A DNA stretch of 64,000 nt from the human T2T-CHM13v2.0 reference genome, Homo sapiens: the NCBI RefSeq assembly GCF_009914755.1, contig NC_060947.1; one strand, given 5' to 3'. This document shows positions 1 to 20,960 of the stretch, one piece after another. Each line of letters begins with the position of its first letter. Position 1 is the first letter of the stretch. Position numbers and translations under genes: made by a program. The notes below the pieces were generated by a model that worked only from the letters and a program-made list of their open reading frames with translations, searched no databases and was not told the DNA's origin.

Positions 1-1638
<1,638 letters not shown>

Positions 1639-2870
1639 TTAGGTTGGTGCAAACGTAGTTGCAGTTTTTGAATTGTTGGAATTTGCCATTTGATATTGGA
1701 ATAAATTCTTAAATAATGTGGTTATGTTATACATAATTTTAATGGGCTTTTCTCGCTTTATGATTTTGTTTTGTTTTGTTTGTTAAAGCAAATTTAAGCG
1801 ATTTTCTTATTCGAGTTCAAAACGGGTCATAAAGCAGCAGAGACAGCTTGCAACATCAACAGCGCACTTGGCCCAGAAACTGCTAACGAATGTACAGTGC
1901 GGTGGTGGTTCAAGAAGTTTTGCAAAGGAGACAATAGCTTTGAAGATGAGAGGCATAGTGGCTGGCCATCAGAAGTTGACAATGACTGATTGAGAGCAAT
2001 CATTGAAGCTGATCCTCTTACAACTACACGAGAAGTTGCCGAAGAACTCATCGTGGACCATTCCACGGTCCTTCGGTATTTGAAGCAAATCGGAAAGGTG
2101 AAAAAGCTCGATAAGCGGGTGCCTCGCGAGCTGGGCAAAAATTTTAAAAAATCATTGTTTTGAAGTGTCTTCTTCTCTTATTCTACGCAACAACAACGAA
2201 CCATTTCTCAATCGGATTGTGACCTGCAACGAAAAAGGATTTTATACGACAACCGGTGATGCCCAGCTCAGTGGCCAGACCGAGAAGAAGCTCCAAAGCA
2301 CTTCCCAAAGCCAAACCTGCGCCAAAAACAGGTCATGGTCACTGTTAGGTGGTCTACTGCCAGTCTGACCCACTACAGTTTCCTGAATCCCAGTGAAACC
2401 ATTACATCAGATAACTGTGCTCAGCAAATCAACGAGAAGCACCAAAAACTGTAACATACGCAGCCAGCATTGGTCAATAGAAAGGGCCCAATTCTGCACA
2501 ACACCGGACCGCACATCACACAATTGAGGCTTCCAAAGCTGAACGAATTGGACTATGAAGTTTTGCCTCATCTGCCATATTCACCTGACCCCTTGCCAAC
2601 CGACTACCACTTCTTCAGCCATCTCAACAACTTTTTTTGCGGGGAAAACGCTTTCACAACCAGCAGGATGCAGAAAATGCTTTCCAAGAGTTCGTCGAGT
2701 CCCAAAGCACAGATTTTTACGCTACAGGAAAAAAACAAAAACCTTTATCATTGGCAAAAATGTGCTGATTGTAATGGTTCCTATTTTGATTAATAAAGAT
2801 GTGTTTGAGCCTAATTATAATGATTTAAAATTCACTTTCCAAAACCAAAATTACTTTTGCACCTATGTAA
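1639..2870 (+). mobile_element. Hsmar1 mariner DNA transposon, near full length, transposase disrupted
   Basis: TIRs TTAGGTTGGTGCAAA... and ...TTTTGCACCTATGTAA with TA target duplication; transposase motifs FEFK.GHKAAETA, TTREVAEEL, PHLPYSPD..PTDYHFF; stops and frameshifts. Confidence 0.93.
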
Positions 2871-2889
2871 TACACAATTTTATTTGTCC

Positions 2890-4345
2890 GTAATACCCAC
2901 ATGAGTATAATTGACTATCTCTGACAAAGGAACAAAAGCAATACAATGGTGAAAACAGACTCTTTTCAAAAAATGGTATTGAAGCAACAAGACATGCAAA
3001 AATATGAATCTAGACAGACCCTACACCTTTCACTAAAATTAACCTAAAATGGATCATAGACCTAAATATAAAACACAAAACTATAAAACTTCTAGAAGAT
3101 ATCATAGGAGAAAATCTAGATAACCTTGGGCATGATTATGATATTTTAGATCCAACACCAAAGGCATGAGCCATGAAAAAAATATTGATAAATGTTGCAC
3201 TTTGTTGAAATCATGAAAGCTTTTGCTCTGAGAATGATACTGTCATCAGAATGAGAAAATAAGCCACAGATAGGAAGAAAATATTTGCAGGAGACATGAT
3301 TAAAGACTGTTATTCAAAGTGTATGAAAAAGCTGAAGTCAACAATATGAAAAAGAACAACCCAATTTACAAATGGGCAAAAGATCTGAACATGCTCCTGA
3401 GCAAAGAAGATATACAGATGGCAAATAAGCACATGAAAAATGTTCCACATCATGTGTTATTAGGGTATTACAAATCAAAACAACGGTGAAATGCCACTAC
3501 ATACCTATTAGAATGGCCACAATGAAAAACGTTGACAGCACCAAATGCTGGTGGGGTTATGGAGCCACAGAAGCTCTCATTCATTGCTGGTAGGTATGCA
3601 AAATGATATTAAATACAGCCACTTTGGAAGATAGTTAGAAGTTTCTTACAAAACTAAATATACTCCTACCATATGATCCAGCAATCACACTCCTTGGTAT
3701 TTATCCAAAGAAGTTTAAAACTTATGTCCACATAAAAAACCTTCACATTAATGTTTATAGCAGCTTTATTCATAATTGCCAAAACTTTAAAGCAACCAAG
3801 ATGTTCTTCAGTAGTTACATGGATAAACTGTGATTTCTTTTTAGCTGTGAATAATATTTCATTGTCTAGACACACCACAGTTTATAATAATTTCATTGAA
3901 AGATGCATCAGCAACAAGACATGAAAAGAAATGGAGGAACTTTAAATGCATATTACTAAGAGAAGGAAGCCAATTTGAAAAGGCTACATACTGCATGATT
4001 TCATCTATGTGACATTCTGGAAAAGGCAAAGCTATAGAGGTATAAAAAAATTCATGGTTGCCAAGAATTGAGGGAAAGGAGGGATGAATAGGCAGAACAC
4101 AGAAGATTTTAGGGCAACAAAACTACTTTGTATGATTCTATAATGGTGGATACATGTCATTATATATTTGCCAATACCCACAGAATGAACAACACCAAGA
4201 ATGAGCGCTAATGTAAACTATAGACTTCGGATGATGAGCTGTCAATGTAGGTTTATCAATAGTAACAAAGTAATATAGGGTATATGGGAACTTACTGTAT
4301 CTTCCACTCAATTTTGCTGTGAACATACATTTTCTCTAAAACAAT
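2890..4345 (+). mobile_element. Old L1M fragment (ORF2 3' part and 3'UTR)
   Basis: Degenerate L1 ORF2 C-terminal similarity. Confidence 0.8.
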
Positions 4346-4501
4346 AAAGTTCAGTTCTTTAAAAGGAGAAAAAAATGAGTTGAAGGCCTGTATAAGCATT
4401 TTACAGAAGAGGAGATACCTATAGCCATTAAACATATAAAAGGATTTTCAGCTTTGTTGGTGGTCTGGAAAATATAAATTAAAGCCAAATGAAATACCAT
4501 G

Positions 4502-6743
<2,242 letters not shown>

Positions 6744-6840
6744 TGATAATGAATGGATTTCTCTCTCACTTTGATTTGAAAATTCATGTAACCTATGACC
6801 CAGCAATTCAACTCCTAGGTGTACACCCAGGAGAAACTCA

Positions 6841-6888
6841 GTCTCTCTGTCTCTGTCTCTCTCTCTGTCTTTGTCTCTCTCTCTCTCT

Positions 6889-6934
<46 letters not shown>
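6841..6934 (+). repeat. (TC)n(CA)n microsatellite
   Basis: Direct reading. Confidence 0.95.
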
Positions 6935-6936
<2 letters not shown>

Positions 6937-7784
6937 GCCACCAGGCCAACAGTTAGTGAAAGCAGTGGGAAACCTAAAAAATGTTAAGTGAGGTGTATAT
7001 GAAACATGTATGGGATAAAGATGCTCAGAGAAATATTAACATTCTTACTACAAAGTTGAATACTGTGTATCTACTTTCATATATCTATTTTATTGTATGG
7101 TAATGCTTTTCATTTTGTACTAAACTTTTGTATGAGAAAGGAATTGTATTAAGTGTAACTAAGAACTGGATTCTCATTTCTCAAGAAAATATGGTGAATG
7201 AGTAACTTTTGAGAAAATATGTATTAACGTTTGTCATCAATCTTGGGGGTTACAATGTTATTACTGAGTACATGAAAACACAAATCTGCTGAAAAAGCAT
7301 CAGTAAGTACCACAAAACGTTATACTTATTTAAAAAGACTATACCTGAAGAAGATCAAAGGTATATGACACCATCACTTTTCATTGAGATCAAATACCCA
7401 TGTGAAATTAATTGTGATAATTTTCAGTGCTGAGTTTTCTTGTCATGTACAAAAAAAGATAATGCAATAGTTATAAATATGCTTTTACCGTGAACATAAG
7501 AGAAATTTCTCTCTTTCATCCGGGGTTAAATAACCCCAGACGCTTCAAGTAGAAAATAGGTTAATTTCAATAGTGGTTTCTTTCCATTCAATTTATGTAA
7601 TTAAAGTAAAGCTTTTAAGTGTTCATTCTATTGAAGATAAAACATCTGACAATGTCAGTATTATTGCAAATTCAATTAAAAAGTTAAACTTTGAAGAAAA
7701 AGTTTTTACTTTTGAGGGGATGAAATGATTACTAATTTTGCTAGGGCACAGCATCATAGTAAAAGCAATGTTCTCACTAAATTA

Positions 7785-8490
<706 letters not shown>

Positions 8491-9079
8491 AAAAGTATTT
8501 TTATAAATACACAGAATAAGTAAATGTTCGTGATGAAACTAATATTGAAAACTGAAAGTATTTTAACATGGCAGCATGAGTCTTCTCAGCTTCCCATCGT
8601 CAGATTTTAGAAATATTTGCACCTTTGAAAAACGACCATGTAGATCAACCTATGTGCCTTACAATAAATAATATTACACTTTTATGTAAATTAGCGCTCT
8701 CAAATTTGGTCACTGGAAATCTTTGAAGTTTCTAGAAAATTGTGATTATTGAAAATAGAACTTGCAAAAGGAAAGACTGGAAATTTATCTTTGCAAAAAA
8801 GAAAGGAGGAACTAAACAAATGGAATGATGATAGCACAAATAATATGCAAGATTTAATTTTGAAATTCTATTTTTGGGCTTGGAATATCTCCACTTGTGG
8901 AAAGAATATTCTGGTGGAGCTCTGAATTTTAATTGGGTAAATGTATTATCATTACCAGAAGAAGACCGAGAAGGTTCTAATTTTGCAACATTTAAATTTG
9001 GCAAAACATTCCAAAGTATCATAAATAGAGACAATGTACTGGACCCATTTTGTCTTGTAAAAATATTTGTTGAAAACGG

Positions 9080-9205
9080 AGCTGGGCATGAAAAACGGAG
9101 CTGTGCACCTATAGTCCCAGCTACTTGGGAGACTGAGCTGGGAGGATTGCTTGAGCCCAGGAGGTCGAGGCCAGCCTGGGCAACATAGACCTAATCTCAG
9201 TATTT
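9080..9205 (+). mobile_element. FLAM/Alu monomer
   Basis: Alu-monomer sequence flanked by AAAACGGAG copies. Confidence 0.7.
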
Positions 9206-10321
9206 TAAAAAATGAAAAGAAAAACGGAGTCAGAAAGAGCACCTGGGAAATATACATTTTGATATTTTTTAAAAAGTATAAAACTTGCCATTTAGCAGTT
9301 GGAATAATATTTTCTCAAATAAAATATCATGCAACCAGCCATTATATGCCTTCGCATGGAAGGACACAACACTACCCGTGAATTCTCCTTGGGAAAAGAA
9401 AAAATAAAACCTGTATCTGATCAAGCCTATAGATCTCACTACTAATTTAAAAGAAAGACAGAGTATAGAAAAACTTGTTAAATAATGCCCTGGGAATACA
9501 ATCAGCAAAATCTAGAAAACTGTAGGACAAGTAAAGTGACCAAGTTCCTTCACAAATAAACTGTAAGGAAAACTAAGAAATCAGGATGAACATTTAACTT
9601 ATAGGTTAAAAGATACTTATAGAAACGTATTAACCAATGGCAATATATGAACTTTATTGGATCCTGATTCAAATTTTAAAAATAGAAACTTGCCAGACAC
9701 TGCAGAATCACTCCATGTGTCCTAATCACAGTCCCCTCTTCCCATCAAAAGTAACCATTATCTTGACTTACAAAGTAATCATGTCCTTGTCTTTCTTGAT
9801 GGTATTTTCACCCAAATGTGCATCCCTAGACATTCTAATTCAGTCTTGCCCATTTAGAAATAAGTTGATATGCCTTTTAAGTCTTTTTAAATCTACAACT
9901 GTCCCCTTCATCTCTTTCTTTTACTTACAATTTACCTATTGAAAAGATTGACACTAGTTTCCTCTAGTCTGAGTTTCATAGACTACGTATTCATGGGGCA
10001 CTTTAACATATTCATCTTTCCCCTGTATTTTCTGAAAATTGACAGCTGGATTTAGAGGCTTGATCAGACTCAGGTTCCATCCATTGGGTGGTATTTTGTT
10101 CCTTAGTCAGGAAGCACATAATGTCCAGTTTGTTCTCTTCTTTTATATTAGTGGACATTCATGCTCACTTCCTAGCTCCATTTAATTCACTGGAGGGTAT
10201 AAAATAATGATATTTTAATTCAACAAATTTTCATTAATGAAATACTTTTTATAATGAATTAAATAATTTAATATACTAAATAGATAATAGATTAATTTTA
10301 TTTAAAAGTGAATCTAATTTT

Positions 10322-10444
10322 ATTTTTTAGAGATGGAGTCTCACTATGTTGCTTAGGCTGACCCTGACCTCCCGGGCTCAAACAGTCCTCCACTTTATCC
10401 TCCAGAGTAGCTGGGACTACAGGCACCTGCCCCCACACCAGGTT
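10322..10444 (-). mobile_element. FLAM monomer with TSD TGAATCTAATTTT
   Basis: Monomer sequence with flanking direct repeat. Confidence 0.75.
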
Positions 10445-11482
10445 TGAATCTAATTTTAAATGAGTGGAAATCCTAGATTATATTTGAAACATTCGGAATT
10501 TCAGTTTCTTTTGTATTAAACTGTGAATTGTCCACATGGAGTGATACCATGTTTGATGCAGTATTTCTTTAAATCTAACAGACTGTATCCTGATCTATAA
10601 CTTAAAACGATTAATGGGATCAGAAGGGTACCAAATTTACCTGTACCCCTTAAGGAAAAAACTTCAGAGAGAGCGAAAAGTGCCAAATCTCTTTCCCCAA
10701 AGCTGCAAGACGCCCTAAACTTCTTCTTATAAACTACTGGGAAACTGCCCCAGGAGGACTGGCAGAGGGTAAAAACGTCATAGCAATTGTGTCTTCTTAC
10801 GATTTTATAATTTAGGGAAGTTTATTTTAGTGGCAGCTCTAAATGTTTTCAGAATTACATATACTTATTTCTGTTCAATCTATGTCATTTATCAAAAAGC
10901 AATGTTTCTTCATAATATAAGAAGATAGTTACTACCTTATCTTTTTTTACTTACACCACATGACATTAGTTAAGATGTAAATATTGCTTTCCTGATTGTA
11001 TTTCCATAACGTGATTTCAATTTCAGATTCTGTGCTCAGAACATGAATAAACAATCTTTCTCTGGCCTAATAAAGTCTATTTTAAAACAAACAGATGTAA
11101 CTTAAGCCACCTTGAACATATAGTTTAACTGTATTTAGAAAAGTGATTTTCCAATTAGAGGAAAGAGTAGAAATATAATTTTAAAATATTTGCAACAAGA
11201 AATGTACTAAAATATATGTAAATATGTATGCTTGTGTATGCAAAGTTCATTTCAATGAATTAAAGTCTCCAAATTCAGGCACATCACCACCCAAGGTATA
11301 ATCAGCTTAACAAACGTGATGACTAAACCACTTCAATCCTTCTCCATATATAAAGCAGAATGAGGGAAATGTTAGAAGTTTAGAGAAATGAAATGTCCAA
11401 ATTTGTTTAAGTTAAGATCTCAAAAATATGTATCCTGAATTTAGTATTAATCAAGGGAAAATGCTAAACAGATTGTTTAAAG

Positions 11483-11702
11483 CAAGCTTGTCCAACCCAC
11501 AGCCCGTGGGCCACATGTGGCCTGGAATGACTTTGAATGTGGCCCAACACAAATTCATAAACTTTCTTAAAACATTATGAGATTTTTTTGCAATTTTTAA
11601 AGTCATCAGCTATTGTTAGTGTTAGTGTGTTTTATGTGTGGCCCAAGACAATTCTTCTTCTTCTGATGTGGCCCAGGGAAGCCAAAAGATTGGACACCCC
11701 TG
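11483..11702. mobile_element. MER30 (hAT-Charlie MITE) with perfect 8-bp TSD GTTTAAAG
   Basis: TSD at 11475-11482 and 11703-11710; MER30 consensus. Confidence 0.9.
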
Positions 11703-11893
11703 GTTTAAAGGATGTTGGGTGAGTGCCTACAAATAAAGACTAATTACCGGATGGCACATCACAAACCAGTTATGCCAAATCAAGCTCATTGTACTCTTTG
11801 ATAGTGTCACCAAGCTGATAGCTCAAGAAGGGGCCATAGGCTTAATGTATCCTATTTTCAAGAAGGCATCTGGAAAATTTGTCATAAAATCTT

Positions 11894-12406
11894 TATTAGT
11901 TAGAGTTCTCTAGAGAAACAGAACAAATAGGATGGATACATAGATAGATAAATTTATTATAAGAAATTGGCTCACACAATTATGGAAAGTGACAAGTCCC
12001 AAAATCTGCAGGGTGTAGTTCCAGTCTGAAGGCCTGAAACCCAGGAGAACCAGTGATGTGGTTCTAATCTGAAAGCTGGTAGCCTCAAGACCAAGGAATA
12101 GCCAATGTCTCAGGTTGAGTTCGAAGGCAAGAAAAAGCCAATGTCCCTGTTTGAAGGCAGTCAGGTAGAAGAAATTATCTTACTCAGGGGAGGGTTATCC
12201 TTTTTGTTCTATTAAGGCTTTCAACTACTTGGATGAGACTCACCCACATTAGGGAGGGCAATGTGCTTTACTCAGTCTACCTTTCCAAATGTTAGTCTCA
12301 TTTAAAGTCACTGCCACAGACATATCCAGAACCAAATTTGTTTGACCAGATATCTGGGCACCCCATGGTCCAGTCAAGTTGTCACACGATAACACATTAG
12401 TCAACA
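11894..12406 (-). mobile_element. MLT2-type (ERVL) solo LTR
   Basis: TATTAGTTAGAGTTCTCTAGAGAAACAGAAC start; ...CCAGTCAAGTTG.CAC end. Confidence 0.8.
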
Positions 12407-12866
12407 TAATATCATTGTGGACAAGACATAGAAATAAGAGCTAGATAAAAATACAGTCTAGAATTTGTGGACCATAACTGAGGAGTTTGTTAATGGACCA
12501 GTGTCAATCTGTCAGTCCATTTCAGTGTAATGCCTGTGTGTTTTAGCTAAATTTTACACTCTCTAACACTAGGTGCCTAAAAAAAGAAAAAGGCTTATTT
12601 ATTTTATGTGAATATTCTTTCCATTAGGAAAGAGATGGCCTACAGGGAGATAGTGTTCATTGTTTTTCCTGTACTGAGGTTTGTCTATTCAGATTTCTAT
12701 ATTTCCCATTCTAGAGAAAGCTGTAGTAGAATGGGATCTTGGTGTCCTCCTCACAGAGTATATATGATTCAAACCCTTTACAACACTCCTTCCTATGGAA
12801 ATGTGTATAGTTAAGTGACAAAAGGACAGAATAGTACAGTATCATTTGTTTAAAAATATAAACTTA

Positions 12867-13340
<474 letters not shown>

Positions 13341-13421
13341 TTATTCATTAGCATTACATAAAATAAAATGGAGAAACATTTTTGGAATTTCAGAAATTAG
13401 CATTTTATTAAATAAATAGTA

Positions 13422-14047
<626 letters not shown>

Positions 14048-14230
14048 CTAGATCTAAAGCTAGTTTCTCATTTGTCCCTCTCATAATGCTACTTCAGAAG
14101 TTACTTCATAATGTTACTTCAGAAGTAAGAGGTTTCTGTCTTTAGGTTATTTCGTCCCAGGACAGGGCGGAGGAATAGGAGTCTAATTAACTTCAACTTC
14201 TCCACAAACTCAGAAGTATAATTAATAACA

Positions 14231-14268
14231 CCTCTCTTTTTTCTTTCTTCTTTCTTTCTTTCTTTTTT

Positions 14269-14321
<53 letters not shown>

Positions 14322-14369
14322 TTCCTTCCTTTCCTCTTTTCTTCATTTCTTTCTTTTTTTTTTCTTTCC
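14231..14369 (+). repeat. (TTTC)n polypyrimidine microsatellite
   Basis: Direct reading. Confidence 0.95.
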
Positions 14370-14850
14370 AGAATGGCTAAATTTCTGAAGCTGGACCTCC
14401 ATTCTTCCATGGTGGCAGAAAATTTCATTTCAGTTATTCTTGGTTTCTTCAATCCTCCCCAGGGTTGGTTCACAGTCCTAGAATGTCATACAGTGCCAGT
14501 GAAGGGCAAGGCAGGAGATTGTGGATGATCTTCAAGCCATAGACTATTGGTCATCAGTGGACACAGGTTACTACAGGTTACCAAGAAGCTCATTATTCTG
14601 TCTGCATGGCACCTTCTGGTCCTCAAGTGTCTGCTGCTTCTAGATTACAGAAGGAACCCAGTAATTTTTCAGGGTTTCCTATGATCCCATTCTCCACAGG
14701 TTGGTCCTCTCTGAATCCATGCCACCTCCGCAGAGGGAGGGGTGGGAGTCACAGCAGACTGTCAGTTCCAGGTTCCTGATTTTCTAGGACCCACAGGCCA
14801 TGTTTTCTTCCTACAACCACCCAATTTACCTTACTTAAGAAAATAGTCTT

Positions 14851-15280
<430 letters not shown>

Positions 15281-15310
15281 TTAAGAGTCACAAATGCTTT
15301 TGCTACTGTC

Positions 15311-15789
15311 TGTGTTGGAAAGAATAATTCTACCTTCCCCCTTTGCAAATGTCTACGTCCTAATCCGCGGAGCCTGTGAAACTGTTAACTTACATGGCAA
15401 AAGGGACTTTGCAAGTATGACTAAATGAAGCATCTTGAGATGGGAAACTTATCCTCAATTATTCGGGTGAGCCCAGTTGTAATTACAAGGGTCCTTATAA
15501 AAGGTAGGCAGAAGAATCAGAGTCGGAGAAGGAGATGTGAGGATGGAAGCAGAGATCAAAGTCCAGAGCCAAGGAATGCTGCCAGCCTCTGGAAGCTGGA
15601 AAGAGCAAGGAAACTCACTTATTCCTAGAGACTCCAGAAGGAAGGCAGCCCTGCCCATAACTTCATTTTAGCCCAGTGAGAATGACTTTGAACCTCTGAT
15701 CTCTGGAAATGTAAGATAATAAACTTTTGTTGTTTCAAGCCACTAAACTCTATTAATTTGTCACAATAGCAATTTAAAAACCGAATATC
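15311..15789 (+). mobile_element. MLT1 (MLT1D-like) MaLR solo LTR
   Basis: ggcaaaagggactttgca...gagatggg...taagataataaa...tttcaagccactaa pattern. Confidence 0.8.
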
Positions 15790-16769
15790 CTGCCTATTCA
15801 TACACTCATTCAGTTCCAGTTACAGCCATCGACTTGCAGTTTCCTGTTGCACCAAACCCTCTCATACTTCTACCTGAACGCTTCTCCTACCCATTTGCTT
15901 AGATCTGATCTTGTTCTTCAAGAGTTATTTAAACCATCACTTCCCCCCTTGGAAGCTTTTCTTACATTGGGCTCCCCAACTGTCTAGAACTCCCTACCAT
16001 GTCTCCTTTTCAGCACTCACTACACTTGAGTTGCAATAATTGATCATCTTATTCCTGTTTGTATCACTTTGCCAAGTTCTTGCCTAATAAATGGCTTTGT
16101 TACTTCTTCCTTAGTTATCTTCCAGGTCTCCATGACAATATGGTAAGTTTTCAGAGAGCAGGGCCTACTCCTGTGTGTGTATACACACGTATGTCTTCCC
16201 TCCATATGCTTAATACACAGTGCTCCAACTCAAAAGTCAAAACAAAGCAAAACAAAAACACAACATCAAATAAATATTCATTGAAAAAAACTGATGCAGC
16301 CTACTTTGTAACAAATTATATCTTGGGAATCAACGGAAAATAACCATGCATTCTATTGTACCATTTATTAACCTGCTGTAATAAATTAGGCTCATTTATT
16401 TAGTTAGTTTATGCCTTGAGAAAACCTCAATAGCATTTTTTTTCTAGTCAGAATTATCTGGTTTTCATATTGATGGTCTTTTACTTCAATCACCAAATGC
16501 AGTAGCCAACATGACCAAAACATATTTATCCATTTAACAAATATGAAATGGTTGCCTACTGTGTGCAAGTAATGTTTAGGATGTGGAAAAGCATGTGGAT
16601 AAATCAAAGTTCATGTTCTGGGCAGGAAGACATACAAATAAATAGTATATCAAGCAAAACACTAAAAAGGAAAGATGAGATAACATAAGAAATTAATGAG
16701 TTGACTCCACTCAGAGCAGAAAAAAAATCTTTAGTGAGACAAATAGAGTGGTGAACAGAAAAAGCAGGT

Positions 16770-17020
16770 GATAGTGGTTAAGAACCAGGGCTTTCAAGTT
16801 AAATAAAACTGAACTCAAAGCCAATTCCACTATTTACTGTGTGCCCTTGGACAAATTATTTAATTTCCCTGAGCCCAGCAGGCTCATCTGTAAAATGGGG
16901 ATAATAATAGACATTCCACCTCATAAGATTATTATAAGAATTATGTAAGATAATTCTTGTAAAATTCTTAACATGGTGCTAGACACAGAGCAAGCAATTA
17001 GTATATTGCATTTATTATTG
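16770..17020 (+). mobile_element. MIR
   Basis: MIR core ctcatctgtaaaatggggataataatag. Confidence 0.8.
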
Positions 17021-17579
17021 TGATAGTTTTGAAACAGTGAATAACATTTCTAATAATTATTTCAAAACCAGATTTCCTTACACAATAGCATATATTGTGA
17101 AAAAACATATATCCAAAATATATATATATATCCATTCACTCTACAAATACAAATACTGCTAAATGCAGAGGATTGCTCCACCCAGATTGCTCTTTCGGGG
17201 TGAGGAGCTCATTCCCCCAGTAGCTGCTTGGAATTTGGCTGCTGAAGACACAGTCGATTCCTACTTTGGGGATTGCCCTCCTCCACTGAACTGCCTAGGC
17301 TAAGGTTACACTCCGCTCCTGGTAGATGCTGGAGTATAAAAGCTGACCCTCTTGTTTCCATTTGTAACCATTTTGAAGGGTCACCCTAGCTCCAGGGGCT
17401 CCCTGTGAGATGGGCGGAAGCCTCTGTGGAAATCTCTTCTGCTTCCTTCACTCCATCACAGACATTGTTCCCAAGACCACTCCTCAAGGAACTTACCAAT
17501 CTCCATCTCAGAGTCTGCCTTCCCAGCGAACCTGAATTAAGCCAAGTAACCACTATATGGACAACGCACTACTGTTAGG

Positions 17580-17920
17580 CAGGGTTGGCAAGCTTCTTCT
17601 GTCAAGGACCAGGCAGTAAGGGTTTTAGGCTTTGGTGAGCCATATTCTCTATCACTTTTACTCAACTCTGCCATTCTAGTGTGAAAGCAGCCAGAGACAA
17701 CACATAAACAAATGGGCACTGCTGTGTTCCAATAAAACTTTATTTTATGGACACTGAATTTGAATTTTATATAATTTTCACCCATCACAAAATACTGTTC
17801 TTATTTTGCTTTTTTTTTTTCAACCATTTAAAAATTGGAAAAACCATTCTTTGCTCGTGGGAGTTCAAAAGCAGGCAGCAGGCTAGATCTGGTCAATGGG
17901 CCATAGTTTGACAATCCCTG
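17580..17920 (+). mobile_element. MER58B (hAT-Charlie)
   Basis: CAGGGTTGGCAA...TTTGACAATCCCTG termini. Confidence 0.85.
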
Positions 17921-18085
17921 AGCCAGAGGAAAGATGCGATGCAGAGCAGTGAAGCTACTATTCTAGTGAATGAGTTTACAGAATTTGATATCATGGGACC
18001 CTACAGCTTGTAACCTTGTTCCAAGGACATGGAAGACCCCTTCCTGGCTCCAGGTCAAGAGGGCATGGAGAAAAGGAAGAGGTAA

Positions 18086-18428
<343 letters not shown>

Positions 18429-18759
18429 TGAAGCTTAGTACCAAGAAAATCAAACACAGCAAAATAACACTAAATGGTTTAGTGCTATGTGGTGTTTTTC
18501 ATTTAGACAACTTCATCTCTACCAGGAAACAGATGTAGGAGATTTGAGTGGCTGTTTTGTGGCTGTGTCTGTAACTAAGAAACCATTCAAAAATAAAAAC
18601 ACAATTATAATTTGTTACAGTTTTAATATTTACAAACAATATACCTTTAAATGATCTGATACAGAATAGACAAAGGAGAGATAAACATATTTTGAAAACT
18701 GTTTGACCCTATCTTTCTACCCAAATATAGCAGCCTTCTACAGTCCATCTCCTTCAAAA

Positions 18760-19470
<711 letters not shown>

Positions 19471-20376
19471 CTATGGATTTACATTGCTATACTGAGAAAT
19501 ATGGAGACTAGGAGTGCTAATTTCAGTAATTTCAGTTGACATCAATTGCAATAGGCGGCTAAAGACTATATCTCTGGCTTTTGAGGTCTCCAGATTCTTC
19601 TCTCTAGACACTTGAAGACTGATTTGGTCTACACTTGTCATGATGAGTTCAGACGCCAGAATCTGGGTAGGAGAACTGTCATGAAACACGGTGTCCATAA
19701 TGTACTGTTTATATAACTCCACAACCTTCTGCTCCAGGTACTCATTCAGCACTGCATTAGAAATAGGATTCTGCATTTGCAAGCTGCTTTTCTCTTTGAT
19801 GCTTGTTATTCTCCAATAGGATGAGTACCGCTGGATAGGTTTTTGGGGAAAGTCACTGGGCTGAGTAGAAATGGAATCCTCCATGGGTAAAGGAATCTCA
19901 GATGACTTCAGCAAAGGGCCATATTCAAAACTGCTCTCAGAGGGAAAATCTGTTGTCACTGAATTAATGGCCATCACCTGGCCCCCTGCAATCTGTAAGT
20001 CATTATAATTCTTGCAAATACTTTTGCAAGAAGATGGAACCAAGTAGGTCTCTCTGCTGGCATCTCTACATATTTCAACTGCAGCCAAGTTTGGGCTTTC
20101 AAACACAGGATTGGGGTTTGTCTGCAGCACTGTGACTCTCTGACTTCTGCTATGTTGGCTCTCTCTTGAATGCACTGAAGAGATAAACTTGCCAGATGAT
20201 TTGCAGCTCACGTAGAGACTTCTGACTTGTGTTTCATCCACAGAGGAATAGGAAAGGGTAGCAACAGAATTTGTCTCCTCTTCCTTTTCCCCAGCCACCT
20301 GCTCATTATAAGAGGCACAACTCCAGTGGATGTCATTCCAGTACTCAAGTCCACTGAGATACCCTTCTGACAGCAT
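19471..20376 (-). CDS. TASL: TLR adaptor interacting with SLC15A4 on the lysosome (CXorf21), 301 aa, CDS within a single exon
   Basis: Uninterrupted non-repeat 301-aa ORF. N-terminus MLSEGYLSGLEYW is the SLC15A4-binding segment; C-terminus EISTPSLHISQYSNVNP carries the pLxIS IRF5-recruiting motif. Splice acceptor attctctttccag|A ATG lies directly upstream (AG at 20379-20378). Confidence 0.97.
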   Translation of the reverse strand: MLSEGYLSGLEYWNDIHWSCASYNEQVAGEKEEETNSVATLSYSSVDETQVRSLYVSCKSSGKFISSVHSRESQHSRSQRVTVLQTNPNPVFESPNLAAVEICRDASRETYLVPSSCKSICKNYNDLQIAGGQVMAINSVTTDFPSESSFEYGPLLKSSEIPLPMEDSISTQPSDFPQKPIQRYSSYWRITSIKEKSSLQMQNPISNAVLNEYLEQKVVELYKQYIMDTVFHDSSPTQILASELIMTSVDQISLQVSREKNLETSKARDIVFSRLLQLMSTEITEISTPSLHISQYSNVNP

Positions 20377-20464
20377 TCTGGAAAGAGAATTGATGAGTAA
20401 GAATGGGGAAAAAGAATACTGAAATTTTAGAAGTTGGCACTTGATATATCAAAAAATAAGGACA

Positions 20465-20960
20465 ATGAATAAATTCACTTTATTCATTCACCAAGCTCGT
20501 ACTAATTCTGTGCCTACTGTGTACCAGGACTATGGCATGTGCTAAGGATATAAAAATGAAAAGCACACAATTCCATCCTTCAGGAAGTTTCCCACTATAG
20601 GAAAAAATCAACTAGATATAAACAATTCCAACATTGTATCACTGAGGATTATAATAGTGATAGGTAAAAAGGAAGTACAGGGGTGGGGGGTCCCTAACTT
20701 AGCCTGGGGCAAAGGGGGAGAAGTCACAGGATGTGTCATAGGGAAGGTGATATTTCAGCTGAATGCTAAAGAGTAATTAGGAGTTCCAGCCATAGGAACA
20801 GGCTTATAAGATAATATGGTGGCATGACCTACTCACCACATACAAAGAAGCTGAGCACAAGCAGAAGGAATTGGGAAAATAGGCTGAAATTGGATCGTGA
20901 AGAGCCTTGGCAGTCAGGCAAAAGCATTTACATTCTGCCCCGTAGGAAATGAACAGTGAT
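20465..20960 (-). mobile_element. L2 3' fragment
   Basis: attcattca...gtgcctactgtgtaccagg antisense L2 end. Confidence 0.7.

Larger units (their letters stand above)
11260..12540 (+). mobile_element. CR1/L3 LINE RT remnant, interrupted by MER30 and an MLT2 LTR
   Basis: 11770-11885 reads CQIKLIVLFDSVTKLIAQEGAIGLMYPIFKKASG, resembling the CR1 RT stretch SCQTNLI.FFD.VT..VD.G..VD.IYLDF.KAFD. Confidence 0.6.

Noticed and set aside
1827-2893. ORFs suggesting an active mariner transposase or SETMAR
   Set aside because: Stops, frameshifts, lost start region and no SET domain; a dead Hsmar1 copy.
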